DNA of 64,000 nt from Bacteroidota bacterium. Its GTDB lineage: Bacteria > Bacteroidota > Bacteroidia > Bacteroidales > JAGONC01. Each line of letters opens with the position of its first letter. Position 1 is the stretch's first letter. The notes under the pieces were generated by a model. That model had not been told where the DNA came from. It ran no database searches and saw nothing but the letters and a program-made list of their open reading frames with translations. A program made the translations under genes and the position numbers. Shown here one piece after another: positions 49,722 to 59,965 of this stretch. The stretch is taken from positions 4,305 through 68,304 of the forward strand of contig JAPLDP010000068.1 of the NCBI GenBank assembly GCA_026391695.1, written 5' to 3'.

Positions 49722-52700
49722 TTAACTTTCTCTATAAGCCATGCGTAATTCGACTCTGGTGCCGGTCGGATGATCATTCTCATCCTTCAGATCGATGACT
49801 TCAATCGAGAAGTTCTCATTATTTTTCCTGTGAAGAACCTCAAGACGTTCCATGGTGATCAGCATGCCTCTTGATTTGCGCTGCAAACCTGATTCCTTCT
49901 GGATCTGCATCGCTCTCTCCCTTCCTATTCCATTATCCTCAATGATCCATAGGATCGAGTTATCCTCTAATTTCAGTGCAATCTTTATATGTCGGTCACC
50001 TTTCTTATGCATAAGGCCATGAATGATAGCGTTCTCAACATAAGGCTGAACAATCATCGGTGGAACCTCTGTGAATTCTTCATCTATTGCAGGATCGACA
50101 TGAATTGTATAGGTGAATTTATGCTCAAATCGTAACATCTCGATATCCAGATAATATCGTAAGGCCTTAAGTTCTTCTTCTATAGAAATGGTAGCTTCTG
50201 TGGAATGGGTGAGGATCAGCCTCATCAGCTGTGAGAATTTTCCAAGATAATTCACAGCCATATCAGTATTTTTTGTGAGAATGAAGCTCTGTATTGAATT
50301 TAATGTGTTGAAAATGAAATGAGGGTTCATTTGCAGGCGCAAGGCCTGTAATTCTGTATCATATAATTGTTTTTCGATAGCCAGAACTTTTTTCTCAACT
50401 TCATGACGATTGCGTATGATTCTGATTCGCCTGTTGATCAGATACCAGAGGGTGAATATGGCAACTAATAAAACCGGGATTAGGAAAAACCATGTATGAT
50501 ACCAGTGTGGTTTGATGATGATGGTCAGAGTAACACCTCTATCATCCCAAATCCCATCATTATTTGATCCCATGACCCGGAAGTAATAGATCCCGGGCCT
50601 GACATTTGTGTAATCGGCAAATCGTTTATCCGAGGTAACACTAGTCCACATCTTATCGTAATTTTCAAGGATGAACTGGTATTTGTTTTTAGCAGGATTA
50701 GTAAAATCCAGGGCTGAAAATTCGATGGTGAAAAAGTTGTTGTTGGCTGAAAGCCTGATCCTTTGTCCATCATTGAATTCACCTTCAATTTCGCGGTTGA
50801 AAACCTTGAAAGATGTGATAACGGTTTTAGGTTTCAAAGGGTTTGTTTTTATTTTTGAGGGTTGAAAGAGATTAAAACCGTTCATTCCTCCCACATACAT
50901 TTCACCCTGGTCATTCTTATAGTAGGCACCCAGATTAAACTCATTACTTTGGAGTCCATCCTGAATGTCATAATTGATAAAGGTTTCTTTGCGAGGATCG
51001 AATTTGGATAATCCCCAATTGGTGGTCAGCCATAAGAAGCCATTTTCATCCTCCATGATGCTATATATGACATTATTGGGCAAACCATCTTTTTCGGTAA
51101 AGTATGAAAATTTACCCGATTCTTTATCAAAACGGTTTAATCCCCCGCCTTTGGTCCCTACCCAGAAAATTCCCCCTGAATCCTGGCACATGCAGAAAAC
51201 CTCCCTGGCATTTGGTCCGTTAGGATGACCCTGTTCATAACGGAAAGAAACGAATTCATGAGTGTCCCTTTTATACAGGTTAAGCCCGTCGCCAGTTCCT
51301 AACCATAAGTTCTTTTCCCTGTCTTCATAAATAGTCCATATCAGGTTACTGCTAAGGCTTGTGGGATCTTCTGGATTATTTTTAAAGGAAATGAATTTGT
51401 TTGTTGCCCGGTCGAACAAGTTCAAACCACCATGTCCTGTGCCTATCCAGAGCAAACCAAAGCTGTCTTCATAGATCGACAGCACATTATTACTGCTAAG
51501 ACTATGTTTATCCTTGAGATTATGTTGGTAGTGGGTAAATTTGCTTTTCAGCGGATCATAACATTCAAGACCATCATTTTGAGTGCCTATCCAGAGCAAA
51601 CCCGATTTATCCCCGGTGATTACCCGGAGATTATCACTGACAAGGCTTTTGATATCGCCGGGGATGTGCATAATATGCCTGAACAGACCGGTCTTACGAT
51701 CCAGTATATTAATACCGTTGTTTGTAGCAATCCAGACTTTCTGGTTTTTATCCTCATAAAGCGACATGATATAATTGCTGTTCAGGGAGTTATCATCATT
51801 GGAAATATTCCGGTACACCGAAAACTTACTGGCATGCCTGTTGAATTTATTAATGCCAATAAATGTACCGATCCATATAGTTCCAACGCGGTCTTCATAA
51901 ATGCATAAAACTCGATTATCGCTCAAACTGTTCACATCATAACCCTGGCGGTCATATTGAACGGATTCGCCAGTTGAAGGATTAAAAATTTTCAATCCCT
52001 TACCATCTGTTCCTAACCATAAGAAGTGCTGACTGTCTTCATAGAGGGTGTTAATAACAAAAACATTTTGGTTTTCCGCGATTTCTGCCGGCTGAAAATA
52101 GTTATCAAAGGAAAAGTCGGTCAGATTAAGCTTTCCTAACCCTCTGTTGGTGCCAGTCCATAGGTTTCCATTATGATCGCATAAGATAGATTTTACAAAA
52201 TTATCCGGTAAACTGTGATTATCATCCTGTTTATTATAGAGGCGGGTCACTATCAAGGTTTGTGTATCAAGCCGGATAAGGCCAATGCGAGTGGCAATCC
52301 AAAGAAACCCCTGACGGTCAAAGCATAGGCTGTTGATATAATTACTTTTAAGTGGCGTGTTATCTATCGGTTTATTCAAATAGGATTCAAACAGTCCGGT
52401 CTTCTTGTCGAATTTACTTAATCCACTCTGAGTACCAATCCAAAGGCAGCCTGTGCTGTCTTCGATGATAGCTGTGATGAAATCATTAACAAGGCTCCCT
52501 GGGTCGGATGGATTATGTTTGAATTCAGTGAAATCATTAATGGTTCTATCGTATTTGTCTAAACCTTCATCGGTGCCAATCCATAGATAGCCTTCACTAT
52601 CCTCGATCATACAATTAACTGTCTGTCCGCTGATTTTATTTTCCTTGTCGAAAATAATGAACCTGTAGCCGTCATATTTATTTAAACCGTCCCATGTGCC

Positions 52701-52910
52701 AAACCACATGTATCCTGTTTTATCCTGGAGTATACACTGAATGGAATTTTGGGAAAGTCCCTTTTCAATTTTAATGTTTTCAGATGTTATTCTTTCGAAT
52801 TTAATATTTTCAAGATCCTGGATCTGTGCTAAACCGGCAGGGACAGTGAGCAAAAAAATCCCAATCAGAGTAACTGATAAAGCGATTTTAATTATCCACC
52901 ACCGTATCAT
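49722..52910 (-). CDS. sensor histidine kinase with double beta-propeller + Y_Y_Y periplasmic sensor and LytS/YehU-type kinase core
   Basis: 14 repeats of the two-component-regulator propeller motif (G.LWIGT..GL..[FY]D), a Y_Y_Y segment (YYFRVMGSNNDGIWD), one TM helix, the His_kinase box LQMNPHFIFNTLNSI and an HATPase region IIEDNGIG. Confidence 0.9.
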   Translation of the reverse strand: MIRWWIIKIALSVTLIGIFLLTVPAGLAQIQDLENIKFERITSENIKIEKGLSQNSIQCILQDKTGYMWFGTWDGLNKYDGYRFIIFDKENKISGQTVNCMIEDSEGYLWIGTDEGLDKYDRTINDFTEFKHNPSDPGSLVNDFITAIIEDSTGCLWIGTQSGLSKFDKKTGLFESYLNKPIDNTPLKSNYINSLCFDRQGFLWIATRIGLIRLDTQTLIVTRLYNKQDDNHSLPDNFVKSILCDHNGNLWTGTNRGLGKLNLTDFSFDNYFQPAEIAENQNVFVINTLYEDSQHFLWLGTDGKGLKIFNPSTGESVQYDRQGYDVNSLSDNRVLCIYEDRVGTIWIGTFIGINKFNRHASKFSVYRNISNDDNSLNSNYIMSLYEDKNQKVWIATNNGINILDRKTGLFRHIMHIPGDIKSLVSDNLRVITGDKSGLLWIGTQNDGLECYDPLKSKFTHYQHNLKDKHSLSSNNVLSIYEDSFGLLWIGTGHGGLNLFDRATNKFISFKNNPEDPTSLSSNLIWTIYEDREKNLWLGTGDGLNLYKRDTHEFVSFRYEQGHPNGPNAREVFCMCQDSGGIFWVGTKGGGLNRFDKESGKFSYFTEKDGLPNNVIYSIMEDENGFLWLTTNWGLSKFDPRKETFINYDIQDGLQSNEFNLGAYYKNDQGEMYVGGMNGFNLFQPSKIKTNPLKPKTVITSFKVFNREIEGEFNDGQRIRLSANNNFFTIEFSALDFTNPAKNKYQFILENYDKMWTSVTSDKRFADYTNVRPGIYYFRVMGSNNDGIWDDRGVTLTIIIKPHWYHTWFFLIPVLLVAIFTLWYLINRRIRIIRNRHEVEKKVLAIEKQLYDTELQALRLQMNPHFIFNTLNSIQSFILTKNTDMAVNYLGKFSQLMRLILTHSTEATISIEEELKALRYYLDIEMLRFEHKFTYTIHVDPAIDEEFTEVPPMIVQPYVENAIIHGLMHKKGDRHIKIALKLEDNSILWIIEDNGIGRERAMQIQKESGLQRKSRGMLITMERLEVLHRKNNENFSIEVIDLKDENDHPTGTRVELRMAYRES

Positions 52911-53060
52911 AGCTGAAGTTTACGGGAATCTTAACATAAATTTATTCACAGCTAAATTACGATACGTAACTGAATGCGCTGCAAACCAGGTAAAAATTGC
53001 AGGAAAAAAACTGTTTTCGATTGGAGGACCTGACAAATGAATAATATCATTTCAATATAT

Positions 53061-53068
53061 TACTTTTG
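53061..53068 (+). promoter_or_regulatory. -7 promoter box TACTTTTG
   Basis: Exact TAnnTTTG match 18 nt upstream of the ATG at 53087. The ORF-track TTG start at 53066 lies inside the box. Confidence 0.5.
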
Positions 53069-53086
53069 CAGTTGACAAATAAATAC

Positions 53087-53566
53087 ATGTTAAAATCCAT
53101 TTTCATTATTTCGCAAAGGATAATTACGGGAGGCGTGCTGTTATCCATTGTTCTGATATTACTTGTGATGCCTTTTTGTCATAAGAATAGCGGACCTGAT
53201 ATCCCTACAGCGTATGTGAATATCTATCTGCGTCCCAATAGCATGGATTATATTGAGGATGGAGGATGGGTATATGTTACAGCAAATACTCCCAGTCGCG
53301 GTATTATAGTTTACAGGTTATTTCATGAGAGTTTTAAAGCTTATGAACGAACTTGTACTTATGATCCGGACGGCTGTTGCACATCCTCGCCTGTTTATAC
53401 CTGCTCCAGGCTTATTGTCGAACCATCCGGGCTCACAATCCTTGACACATGCTGCAATTCACAATTCCTGATCACCGATGGAACACCCTTTAACGGACCA
53501 GCAACCTATTCGCTGAAAGAATACAATACTGAATATGACGGTGAGGTGCTGCACATTTTTAATTAA
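53087..53566 (+). CDS. membrane-anchored Rieske-fold-like protein lacking the histidine ligands (Cys-rich)
   Basis: GGWVYV...RGIIVYRL...FKAYERTCTYDPDGCC...LDTCCNSQFLITDGTPFNGPATYSLKEY follows the Rieske domain template, but CxH is CTY and CPxH is TCCN. Confidence 0.6.
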   Translation: MLKSIFIISQRIITGGVLLSIVLILLVMPFCHKNSGPDIPTAYVNIYLRPNSMDYIEDGGWVYVTANTPSRGIIVYRLFHESFKAYERTCTYDPDGCCTSSPVYTCSRLIVEPSGLTILDTCCNSQFLITDGTPFNGPATYSLKEYNTEYDGEVLHIFN

Positions 53567-53573
53567 AGTAAAT

Positions 53574-53615
53574 AGTCGGCAGTCGGCAGTCAGCAGTAGA
53601 CAGTCAGCAGTAGTC
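53574..53615. repeat. heptanucleotide tandem array, 6 units (AGTCGGC AGTCGGC AGTCAGC AGTAGAC AGTCAGC AGTAGTC)
   Basis: Read directly. It lies between the convergent stops at 53566 and 53679. An inverted partner array sits at 55223-55243. Confidence 0.9.
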
Positions 53616-53678
53616 AATCACTTAAGAAGTAAAATACAATCCTGAGAAAAGTCAGTATCGGGGATCATCATTTGCCAA

Positions 53679-55100
53679 TCAGTACCTGTAATGTTCCGGC
53701 TTATAGGGTCCCTCCTGAGGTACACCAATGTAATCAGCCTGTTCTTTAGTAAGTTTTGTGAGTTTAATCCCCAGTTGGTCAAGATGTAAACGGGCAACTT
53801 CTTCATCGAGATGTTTGGGTAACCGGTAAACGCCAATAGCATATTTATTCTTCCATAGCTCAATCTGTGCGAGGACCTGGTTTGAGAACGAATTACTCAT
53901 GACAAAGGAAGGATGTCCCTGAGCGCAGCCCAGGTTCACAAGCCTACCTTCAGCCAGTAAGTATATGGCGTGGCCATCAGGAAACAGGTATTTGTCGACC
54001 TGAGGTTTGATGTTTATGATCTTTATACCGGGATAACTATTCAGTTCAGAAACCTGGATCTCATTGTCAAAATGACCGATGTTGCAAACGATCGATTGAT
54101 CTTTCATTCTGAGCATGTGACTAAGGGTGATGACATCACGATTTCCTGTAGCGGTCACAAAGATATTTCCTACCTTTAAGGTTTCCTCAACTGTAGTGAC
54201 TTCAAATCCTTCCATGGCAGCCTGCAGTGCGCAGATTGGATCGATCTCGGTTATCATCACCCGGGCGCCATAGGATCTCATCGATTTAGCCGAGCCTTTG
54301 CCAACATCACCATAACCGCATACCACAACCACTTTCCCTGCTATCATCACATCAGTAGCTCTTTTAATGCCATCGGCAAGCGATTCGCGACATCCGTAAA
54401 GGTTATCAAACTTTGACTTTGTCACCGAATCATTGACATTGATGGCAGGTGCCAGAAGAGTACCATTTTCCATCATTTGGTAAAGGCGGTGAACACCGGT
54501 GGTTGTTTCCTCAGATATCCCTGCTAATTCTTTAACGGCTCTGTGCCATCTGAGAGGATTTTCAATATATATCTCCTGCAACTGTTTAATAATGGCTGTT
54601 TCTTCTGCATTTTCAGGATCTTTTTTCAGCAGCTCAGGATTTTCCTCAGCAGCATAACCGCGATGCACCAAGAGGGTAGCATCACCACCGTCATCAACAA
54701 TAAGGGTAGGACCTTTTCCTCCGGGGAAAGACAAAGCCTGGGCTGTACACCACCAGTAATCTTCAAGGCTTTCACCTTTCCAGGCAAATACCGGGATACC
54801 TTTGACTGCAACGGCTGCGGCGGCATGATCCTGTGTGGAGAAAATGTTACAGCTGGCCCATCTGACTTCGGCACCAAGTTCAGCAAGGGTTTCAATTAGT
54901 ACTGCCGTCTCAATGGTCATGTGTAACGAACCTGATATTCTGGCACTTTTCAGCGGTTTTTCCTGTGAATAACGATTTCGTAAGGTCATCAGACCCGGCA
55001 TTTCCTTCTCGGCCATCTCCATTTCTTTCCTGCCCCAGTCAGCCAGGGTGATATCTTTCACTCGATAATTTAATTTCTTTCCTTCCATTACGTGTTCCAT
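53679..55100 (-). CDS. ahcY: adenosylhomocysteinase
   Basis: [25 protein letters not shown] and the NAD-binding loop [10 protein letters not shown]. Confidence 0.95.
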   Translation of the reverse strand: MEHVMEGKKLNYRVKDITLADWGRKEMEMAEKEMPGLMTLRNRYSQEKPLKSARISGSLHMTIETAVLIETLAELGAEVRWASCNIFSTQDHAAAAVAVKGIPVFAWKGESLEDYWWCTAQALSFPGGKGPTLIVDDGGDATLLVHRGYAAEENPELLKKDPENAEETAIIKQLQEIYIENPLRWHRAVKELAGISEETTTGVHRLYQMMENGTLLAPAINVNDSVTKSKFDNLYGCRESLADGIKRATDVMIAGKVVVVCGYGDVGKGSAKSMRSYGARVMITEIDPICALQAAMEGFEVTTVEETLKVGNIFVTATGNRDVITLSHMLRMKDQSIVCNIGHFDNEIQVSELNSYPGIKIINIKPQVDKYLFPDGHAIYLLAEGRLVNLGCAQGHPSFVMSNSFSNQVLAQIELWKNKYAIGVYRLPKHLDEEVARLHLDQLGIKLTKLTKEQADYIGVPQEGPYKPEHYRY

Positions 55101-55134
55101 AGCCCCGGTTTATTTATAATAAGTTTAAATTACA

Positions 55135-55142
55135 TATCTTTG
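55135..55142 (+). promoter_or_regulatory. -7 promoter box TATCTTTG (towards metH)
   Basis: Exact TAnnTTTG match ~116 nt upstream of the metH ATG. It forms the left half of the palindrome TATCTTTG-CCGCTG-CAAAGGTA. Confidence 0.45.
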
Positions 55143-55148
55143 CCGCTG

Positions 55149-55156
55149 CAAAGGTA
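55149..55156 (-). promoter_or_regulatory. -7 promoter box TACCTTTG (minus strand, towards ahcY)
   Basis: Exact TAnnTTTG match on the minus strand, 48 nt upstream of the ahcY ATG (55100). It forms the right half of the same palindrome. Confidence 0.45.
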
Positions 55157-55222
55157 ATAATATACGGAGAAAAGAAAAAATTTACCGGATATAAGTAAGG
55201 AACGGTGAGAATGGCACTTGCA

Positions 55223-55243
55223 GACTGCCGACTGCTGACTGTT
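55223..55243. repeat. heptanucleotide tandem array, 3 units (GACTGCC GACTGCT GACTGTT), inverted relative to 53574-53615
   Basis: The reverse complement CAGTCAGCAGTCGGCAGTC shares 11-nt blocks (AGTCGGCAGTC, CAGTCAGCAGT) with the array 3' of ahcY. Confidence 0.85.
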
Positions 55244-55258
55244 TCCAGACCGCAATAA

Positions 55259-58200
55259 ATGATCAATAGGAGTATATATAGTGAATTAACCCACCGCATC
55301 CTGGTTCTTGATGGTGCCATGGGAACGATGATACAACGGTATCGCTTGACTGAGGAGGATTTCCGTGGTGTGCGGTTTGCAGGTCATCACAAAGCACTCA
55401 AGGGATGCAATGATCTCCTTAGTCTCACTGAACCGGAAATTATAAGGGAAATTCACCGACAGTACCTTGAAGCAGGAGCAGATATTATCGAAACGAATAC
55501 GTTCAATGCGACACGGATATCCATGGCCGAATACGGGATGGAACCACATGTTTATGAGATGAACGTAGCTGCAGCCCGGCTGGCAATAGAAACTGCTCAT
55601 GAATTCACACTTAAAGATCCATTAAAGCCGCGTTTTGTGGCAGGCTCCATCGGACCAACCAGCAAAACGGCATCGATGTCTCCCGACGTAAACAATCCAG
55701 GCTACCGGGCTGTCACTTTTGATGATTTTGTCATAAGTTATGCCGAACAGGTCAGAGGTCTATTGGATGAGGGTGTGGATATGCTTCTTGTGGAAACCAT
55801 TTTTGATACATTGAATGCCAAAGCGGCATTGTTTGCCATTAATGAAGTAGCCAGGGAAAAAAGTGTACATGTGCCGGTGATGATCTCAGGCACCATCACT
55901 GATGCAAGCGGCAGGACACTGTCAGGTCAGACAGTGGAGGCATTCCTGTACTCCATGTCGCACATCGAATTATTATCCATTGGATTGAACTGTTCTCTTG
56001 GGGCCAAAGAAATGCGGCCTTACCTTGAGGTTTTATCACAGATAGCTCCCTTTCCTGTCAGCGCATATCCTAATGCCGGATTACCGAATCAATTCGGGGA
56101 ATATGATGAAACTCCAGAGCAGATGTCCGGTTATTTAAGGGATTTTGCACAGAACCGTTTCGTCAATATCATTGGTGGCTGTTGTGGAACTACCCCTGAT
56201 CACATTCGGGAACTTTCACGCATAGCCGGAGAATATAAGCCCAGGGAGATACCTTCTGTAGCAAAAGCTCTTCATCTCAGCGGGCTGGAGCCACTGCTGA
56301 TCTATAAGGGCAGCAATTTTATCAACATAGGAGAGCGGACAAATGTGAGTGGATCGCGTAAGTTTGCCCGGCTGATACAGGAAAAGAACTATGAAGAGGC
56401 ATTATCTGTTGCCCGTCAGCAGGTAGAAAGCGGGGCACAAATTCTGGATGTGAACCTTGACGATGCCATGCTGAATACAGAACACGAAATGATCAAATTT
56501 CTGAATATGCTGGCCTCTGAACCCGATATAGCAAAGGTTCCTGTTATGATTGACTCCTCCAAATGGTCGGTTCTTGAAGCTGGGCTGAAATGCCTGCAGG
56601 GTAAAGGAATTGTCAACTCGCTCAGCCTGAAGGACGGTGAAACGGTCTTTAAAGACAGAGCGGAAAAAATCAGGAATTATGGCGCTGCTGCTATCATAAT
56701 GGCTTTTGATGAACAGGGGCAGGCCACTTCCTATCAGCAAAAAATCGACATCTGTAAAAGAGCGTACGACATTCTTGTCAAAGATGTCAAATTTCCTCCC
56801 CAGGATATTATCTTCGATCCCAATATCTTGACCATTGCCACTGGCATGGAAGAACATAATAACTATGCTGTCGATTTCATCAAAGCTGTCCGCTGGATCA
56901 AAGAAAACCTTCCCTATGCCAAGGTAAGCGGCGGTGTCAGTAACCTGTCATTTTCCTTCCGTGGCAACGATACTGTGCGTGAGACCATGCATGCTGTATT
57001 TCTTTACCATGCTATCCAGGCCGGACTGGATATGGGCATCGTCAATGCAGGCAACCTGCCGGTTTATGATGATATTTCTCCCGATCTTTTGACACTTATG
57101 GAGGATGTGATTCTCAACCGCCGTAAAGACGCTACAGAAAGGCTGATTCTTTTTGCTGAAAAAATCCGTGGGAAGCATATCGGAACGGATAAAGTGGATA
57201 AGTGGCGACAGGATACAGTAGAGGAACGGCTGAAATATGCTCTGATAAAGGGTATTGTTGATCATATTGAAGCTGACGTTGAAGAGGCGCGCATGCATTA
57301 TCCCAGGGCTCTTGATGTCATAGAAGGCCCGCTGATGGACGGCATGAATACTGTCGGTGACCTGTTTGGCTCTGGTAAGATGTTCCTGCCGCAGGTGGTT
57401 AAAAGCGCCAGGGTGATGAAAAAGGCGGTCGCTGTTCTCGCCCCATATATTGAAGCTGAAAAAATCGCCGGCGAGAGACAATCATCAGCAGGCAAGATCG
57501 TGCTGGCAACGGTGAAAGGTGATGTGCATGACATCGGTAAAAATATTGTGGGCGTGGTATTGGGGTGTAATAATTATGAGATCATTGACCTGGGTGTGAT
57601 GGTGCCGTGTGAAAAGATACTTCAGTCCGCTGTAGATGAGGATGCAGACATCATTGGACTAAGCGGGCTTATAACGCCTTCCCTCGATGAGATGGTGCAC
57701 GTGGCAAAGGAGATGGAAAGACTTGGTTTTACTGTCCCTCTTCTGATCGGAGGTGCAACAACATCGGAGCTGCACGCTGCAGTGAAGATTGCACCAAATT
57801 ATTCCGGTCCTGTCATCCATGTACGCGATGCCTCAAAAAGCGTCGGAGTTTTGTATGGACTGATGTCGAAGCAACAGCATTCTGTTTTCGCCAACACTTA
57901 CAGGGAACGTTATCATGCCCTTAGAATACGATACGAAGCCGGCAAAGCGGATGAGAAATATGTCACCCTGCAACAGGCAAGGGCTAATAAAATCAGGATC
58001 ACATGGGGAAAAGCATCTGTTGTTAAACCATCATTTACAGGTGTCAGGGCATTCCGGAATTTTTCACTTGAAGAACTCAGCCGGTATATTGACTGGACCT
58101 TCTTTTTTCATACCTGGAAACTGACAGGGAAATACCCTTCCATTTTTAATGATCCGGTAAAAGGTGAGGAAGCGCGGAAACTATATGATGATGCACAGGA

Positions 58201-58933
58201 GGTTCTGAGAGAAATGATCAGTAAAAAGATGGTCATTGCGAATGGGGTCATTGGCTTTTATCCGGCTAATTCCACAGGTGATGATATCGAAGTTTATAAG
58301 GATGAGGATCGTTCTGAAATTCTCACAGTTTTCCATTTTTTACGCAACCAGCAGTTTAAAGAGAATGCATCGGCTAATCTCTGCCTTGCCGATTTCATTG
58401 CACCTAAAGAATCAGGTTTGACCGATTATATTGGCGGTTTTGGAGTGACTGCTGGCATCGGGATTGAAAAATGGGTGAAATATTACGAAGGCCAGAATAA
58501 TGATTACCGGAGCATCATGCTTAAAATCCTTGCCGACAGGCTGGCCGAAGCTTTTGCTGAACGTATGCATGAGATGGTGCGAAAAGATATATGGGGTTAT
58601 GCCAGGGATGAAGACCTCAGCCTGAATGGCATGCTTAAAGAAGAATATAAAGGTATCAGACCGGCGCCGGGCTATCCGGCTTGTCCGGAACATTCGGAGA
58701 AGCGTATTTTATTCGACCTCCTGGAAACAGAGAAAATAGCCGGGATACAGCTTACAGAGAACTTTATGATGATCCCTGGAGCAGCGTTGAGCGGATTCTA
58801 TTTTGCGCATACACAGGCTCATTATTTTAACCTTGGTAAAATAGGCAGGGACCAGGTTGAAGATTATGCCCGCCGGAAAAATGTCACCATTGAACAGGCT
58901 GAGAAATGGTTATCGTCAAATTTATATTATTGA
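55259..58933 (+). CDS. metH: cobalamin-dependent methionine synthase
   Basis: All modules are present: Hcy-binding ([11 protein letters not shown]), pterin-binding, B12 cap plus DxHxxG (GDVHDIGKN), and the reactivation domain. Confidence 0.97.
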   Translation: MINRSIYSELTHRILVLDGAMGTMIQRYRLTEEDFRGVRFAGHHKALKGCNDLLSLTEPEIIREIHRQYLEAGADIIETNTFNATRISMAEYGMEPHVYEMNVAAARLAIETAHEFTLKDPLKPRFVAGSIGPTSKTASMSPDVNNPGYRAVTFDDFVISYAEQVRGLLDEGVDMLLVETIFDTLNAKAALFAINEVAREKSVHVPVMISGTITDASGRTLSGQTVEAFLYSMSHIELLSIGLNCSLGAKEMRPYLEVLSQIAPFPVSAYPNAGLPNQFGEYDETPEQMSGYLRDFAQNRFVNIIGGCCGTTPDHIRELSRIAGEYKPREIPSVAKALHLSGLEPLLIYKGSNFINIGERTNVSGSRKFARLIQEKNYEEALSVARQQVESGAQILDVNLDDAMLNTEHEMIKFLNMLASEPDIAKVPVMIDSSKWSVLEAGLKCLQGKGIVNSLSLKDGETVFKDRAEKIRNYGAAAIIMAFDEQGQATSYQQKIDICKRAYDILVKDVKFPPQDIIFDPNILTIATGMEEHNNYAVDFIKAVRWIKENLPYAKVSGGVSNLSFSFRGNDTVRETMHAVFLYHAIQAGLDMGIVNAGNLPVYDDISPDLLTLMEDVILNRRKDATERLILFAEKIRGKHIGTDKVDKWRQDTVEERLKYALIKGIVDHIEADVEEARMHYPRALDVIEGPLMDGMNTVGDLFGSGKMFLPQVVKSARVMKKAVAVLAPYIEAEKIAGERQSSAGKIVLATVKGDVHDIGKNIVGVVLGCNNYEIIDLGVMVPCEKILQSAVDEDADIIGLSGLITPSLDEMVHVAKEMERLGFTVPLLIGGATTSELHAAVKIAPNYSGPVIHVRDASKSVGVLYGLMSKQQHSVFANTYRERYHALRIRYEAGKADEKYVTLQQARANKIRITWGKASVVKPSFTGVRAFRNFSLEELSRYIDWTFFFHTWKLTGKYPSIFNDPVKGEEARKLYDDAQEVLREMISKKMVIANGVIGFYPANSTGDDIEVYKDEDRSEILTVFHFLRNQQFKENASANLCLADFIAPKESGLTDYIGGFGVTAGIGIEKWVKYYEGQNNDYRSIMLKILADRLAEAFAERMHEMVRKDIWGYARDEDLSLNGMLKEEYKGIRPAPGYPACPEHSEKRILFDLLETEKIAGIQLTENFMMIPGAALSGFYFAHTQAHYFNLGKIGRDQVEDYARRKNVTIEQAEKWLSSNLYY

Positions 58934-58936
58934 AGC

Positions 58937-59881
58937 ATGAAGGTAATCGAACATTTGAAAAAGACTGGTAAGATCCTTTTCAGTTTTGAGATCATTCCTC
59001 CTGCACGTGGCAGCAGTTTTAAGGATATCACAGATATTGTGGAGAAGCTGCAGCCTTTTGACCCTCCCTTTATTGATGTCACCAGCCATTCTGCCGAAGC
59101 AATCTATGAGGAAATGGATGATGGCTCCATCAAACGGAGGATAAGGAGGAAAAGACCAGGCACCATTGGTATTTCAGGAGTTATTCAATACCGCTACAAC
59201 ATCGACTCTGTTGCACACTTGTTATGTCAGGGTTTTACCAAGGAAGAAACCGAGGACGCCCTGATTGAACTGAATTACCTGGGTATCCGGAATGTATTTG
59301 CCCTGAGGGGCGATGAGACCAACTTTATTAAACCTATCAACAAGGAAAAGAATTATAACGATCATGCCTCCGACCTGGTTGAACAGATCAGCAATCTACG
59401 TGAAGGTCAGTATCTGGAGGATATTTTAAATTCCCACTCTATAGATTTCTGCATCGGAGTTGCCGGTTATCCTGAAAAGCACTATGAAGCGCCGAACATC
59501 AAGACCGATATACTTTACCTGAAGAAGAAGATCGATGCCGGAGCTGATTACGTGGTAACACAGATGTTTTTCGATAACAGGCTCTATTTCAATTTCATTA
59601 AGAGATGCCGCGAAGCCGGTATCACCGTTCCCATCCTTCCCGGTTTGAAGATATTAAACAGTACAAAACAGCTAACCACCATCCCCCGGAAATTTCATGT
59701 GAACTTTCCTGACGAGCTTGTGGATCTACTCCTGAAGAATCCGGATAATGCCAGGGAAATCGGCATCGAATGGGGCATCAGGCAATCGAAAGACCTCATC
59801 AAAAATGGTGTTAATCATTTGCATTATTATGTAATGAATGATGCCGAGGCTATAAGCCAGGTTATCGATAGTGTCAGGTAA
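58937..59881 (+). CDS. metF: 5,10-methylenetetrahydrofolate reductase
   Basis: FSFEIIPP start and the RGD...GYPE...TQMFFD pattern. It starts 4 nt after metH. Confidence 0.9.
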   Translation: MKVIEHLKKTGKILFSFEIIPPARGSSFKDITDIVEKLQPFDPPFIDVTSHSAEAIYEEMDDGSIKRRIRRKRPGTIGISGVIQYRYNIDSVAHLLCQGFTKEETEDALIELNYLGIRNVFALRGDETNFIKPINKEKNYNDHASDLVEQISNLREGQYLEDILNSHSIDFCIGVAGYPEKHYEAPNIKTDILYLKKKIDAGADYVVTQMFFDNRLYFNFIKRCREAGITVPILPGLKILNSTKQLTTIPRKFHVNFPDELVDLLLKNPDNAREIGIEWGIRQSKDLIKNGVNHLHYYVMNDAEAISQVIDSVR

Positions 59882-59922
59882 GTTGCGGGACACAGGTTGA
59901 GCGAAGAGTAACTGAGCGAAAT

Positions 59923-59948
59923 CCCGCCAAAGGCGGGGTTGTTGGTTG
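59923..59948 (+). terminator. candidate intrinsic terminator after metF
   Basis: Stem CCCGCC/GGCGGG with an AAA triloop, then GTTGTTGGTTG, which is a weak U-tract. Confidence 0.4.
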
Positions 59949-59965
59949 CAGAAAACATGGTAACC

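Noticed and set aside
55157-55258. Searched the metH leader and the ahcY leader for cobalamin, SAM or SAH riboswitches.
   Set aside because: The leader is only ~110 nt and lacks a B12 box. It also lacks the conserved SAH-riboswitch core and SAM-I/II signatures. It contains only the heptamer array and no multi-helix junction.
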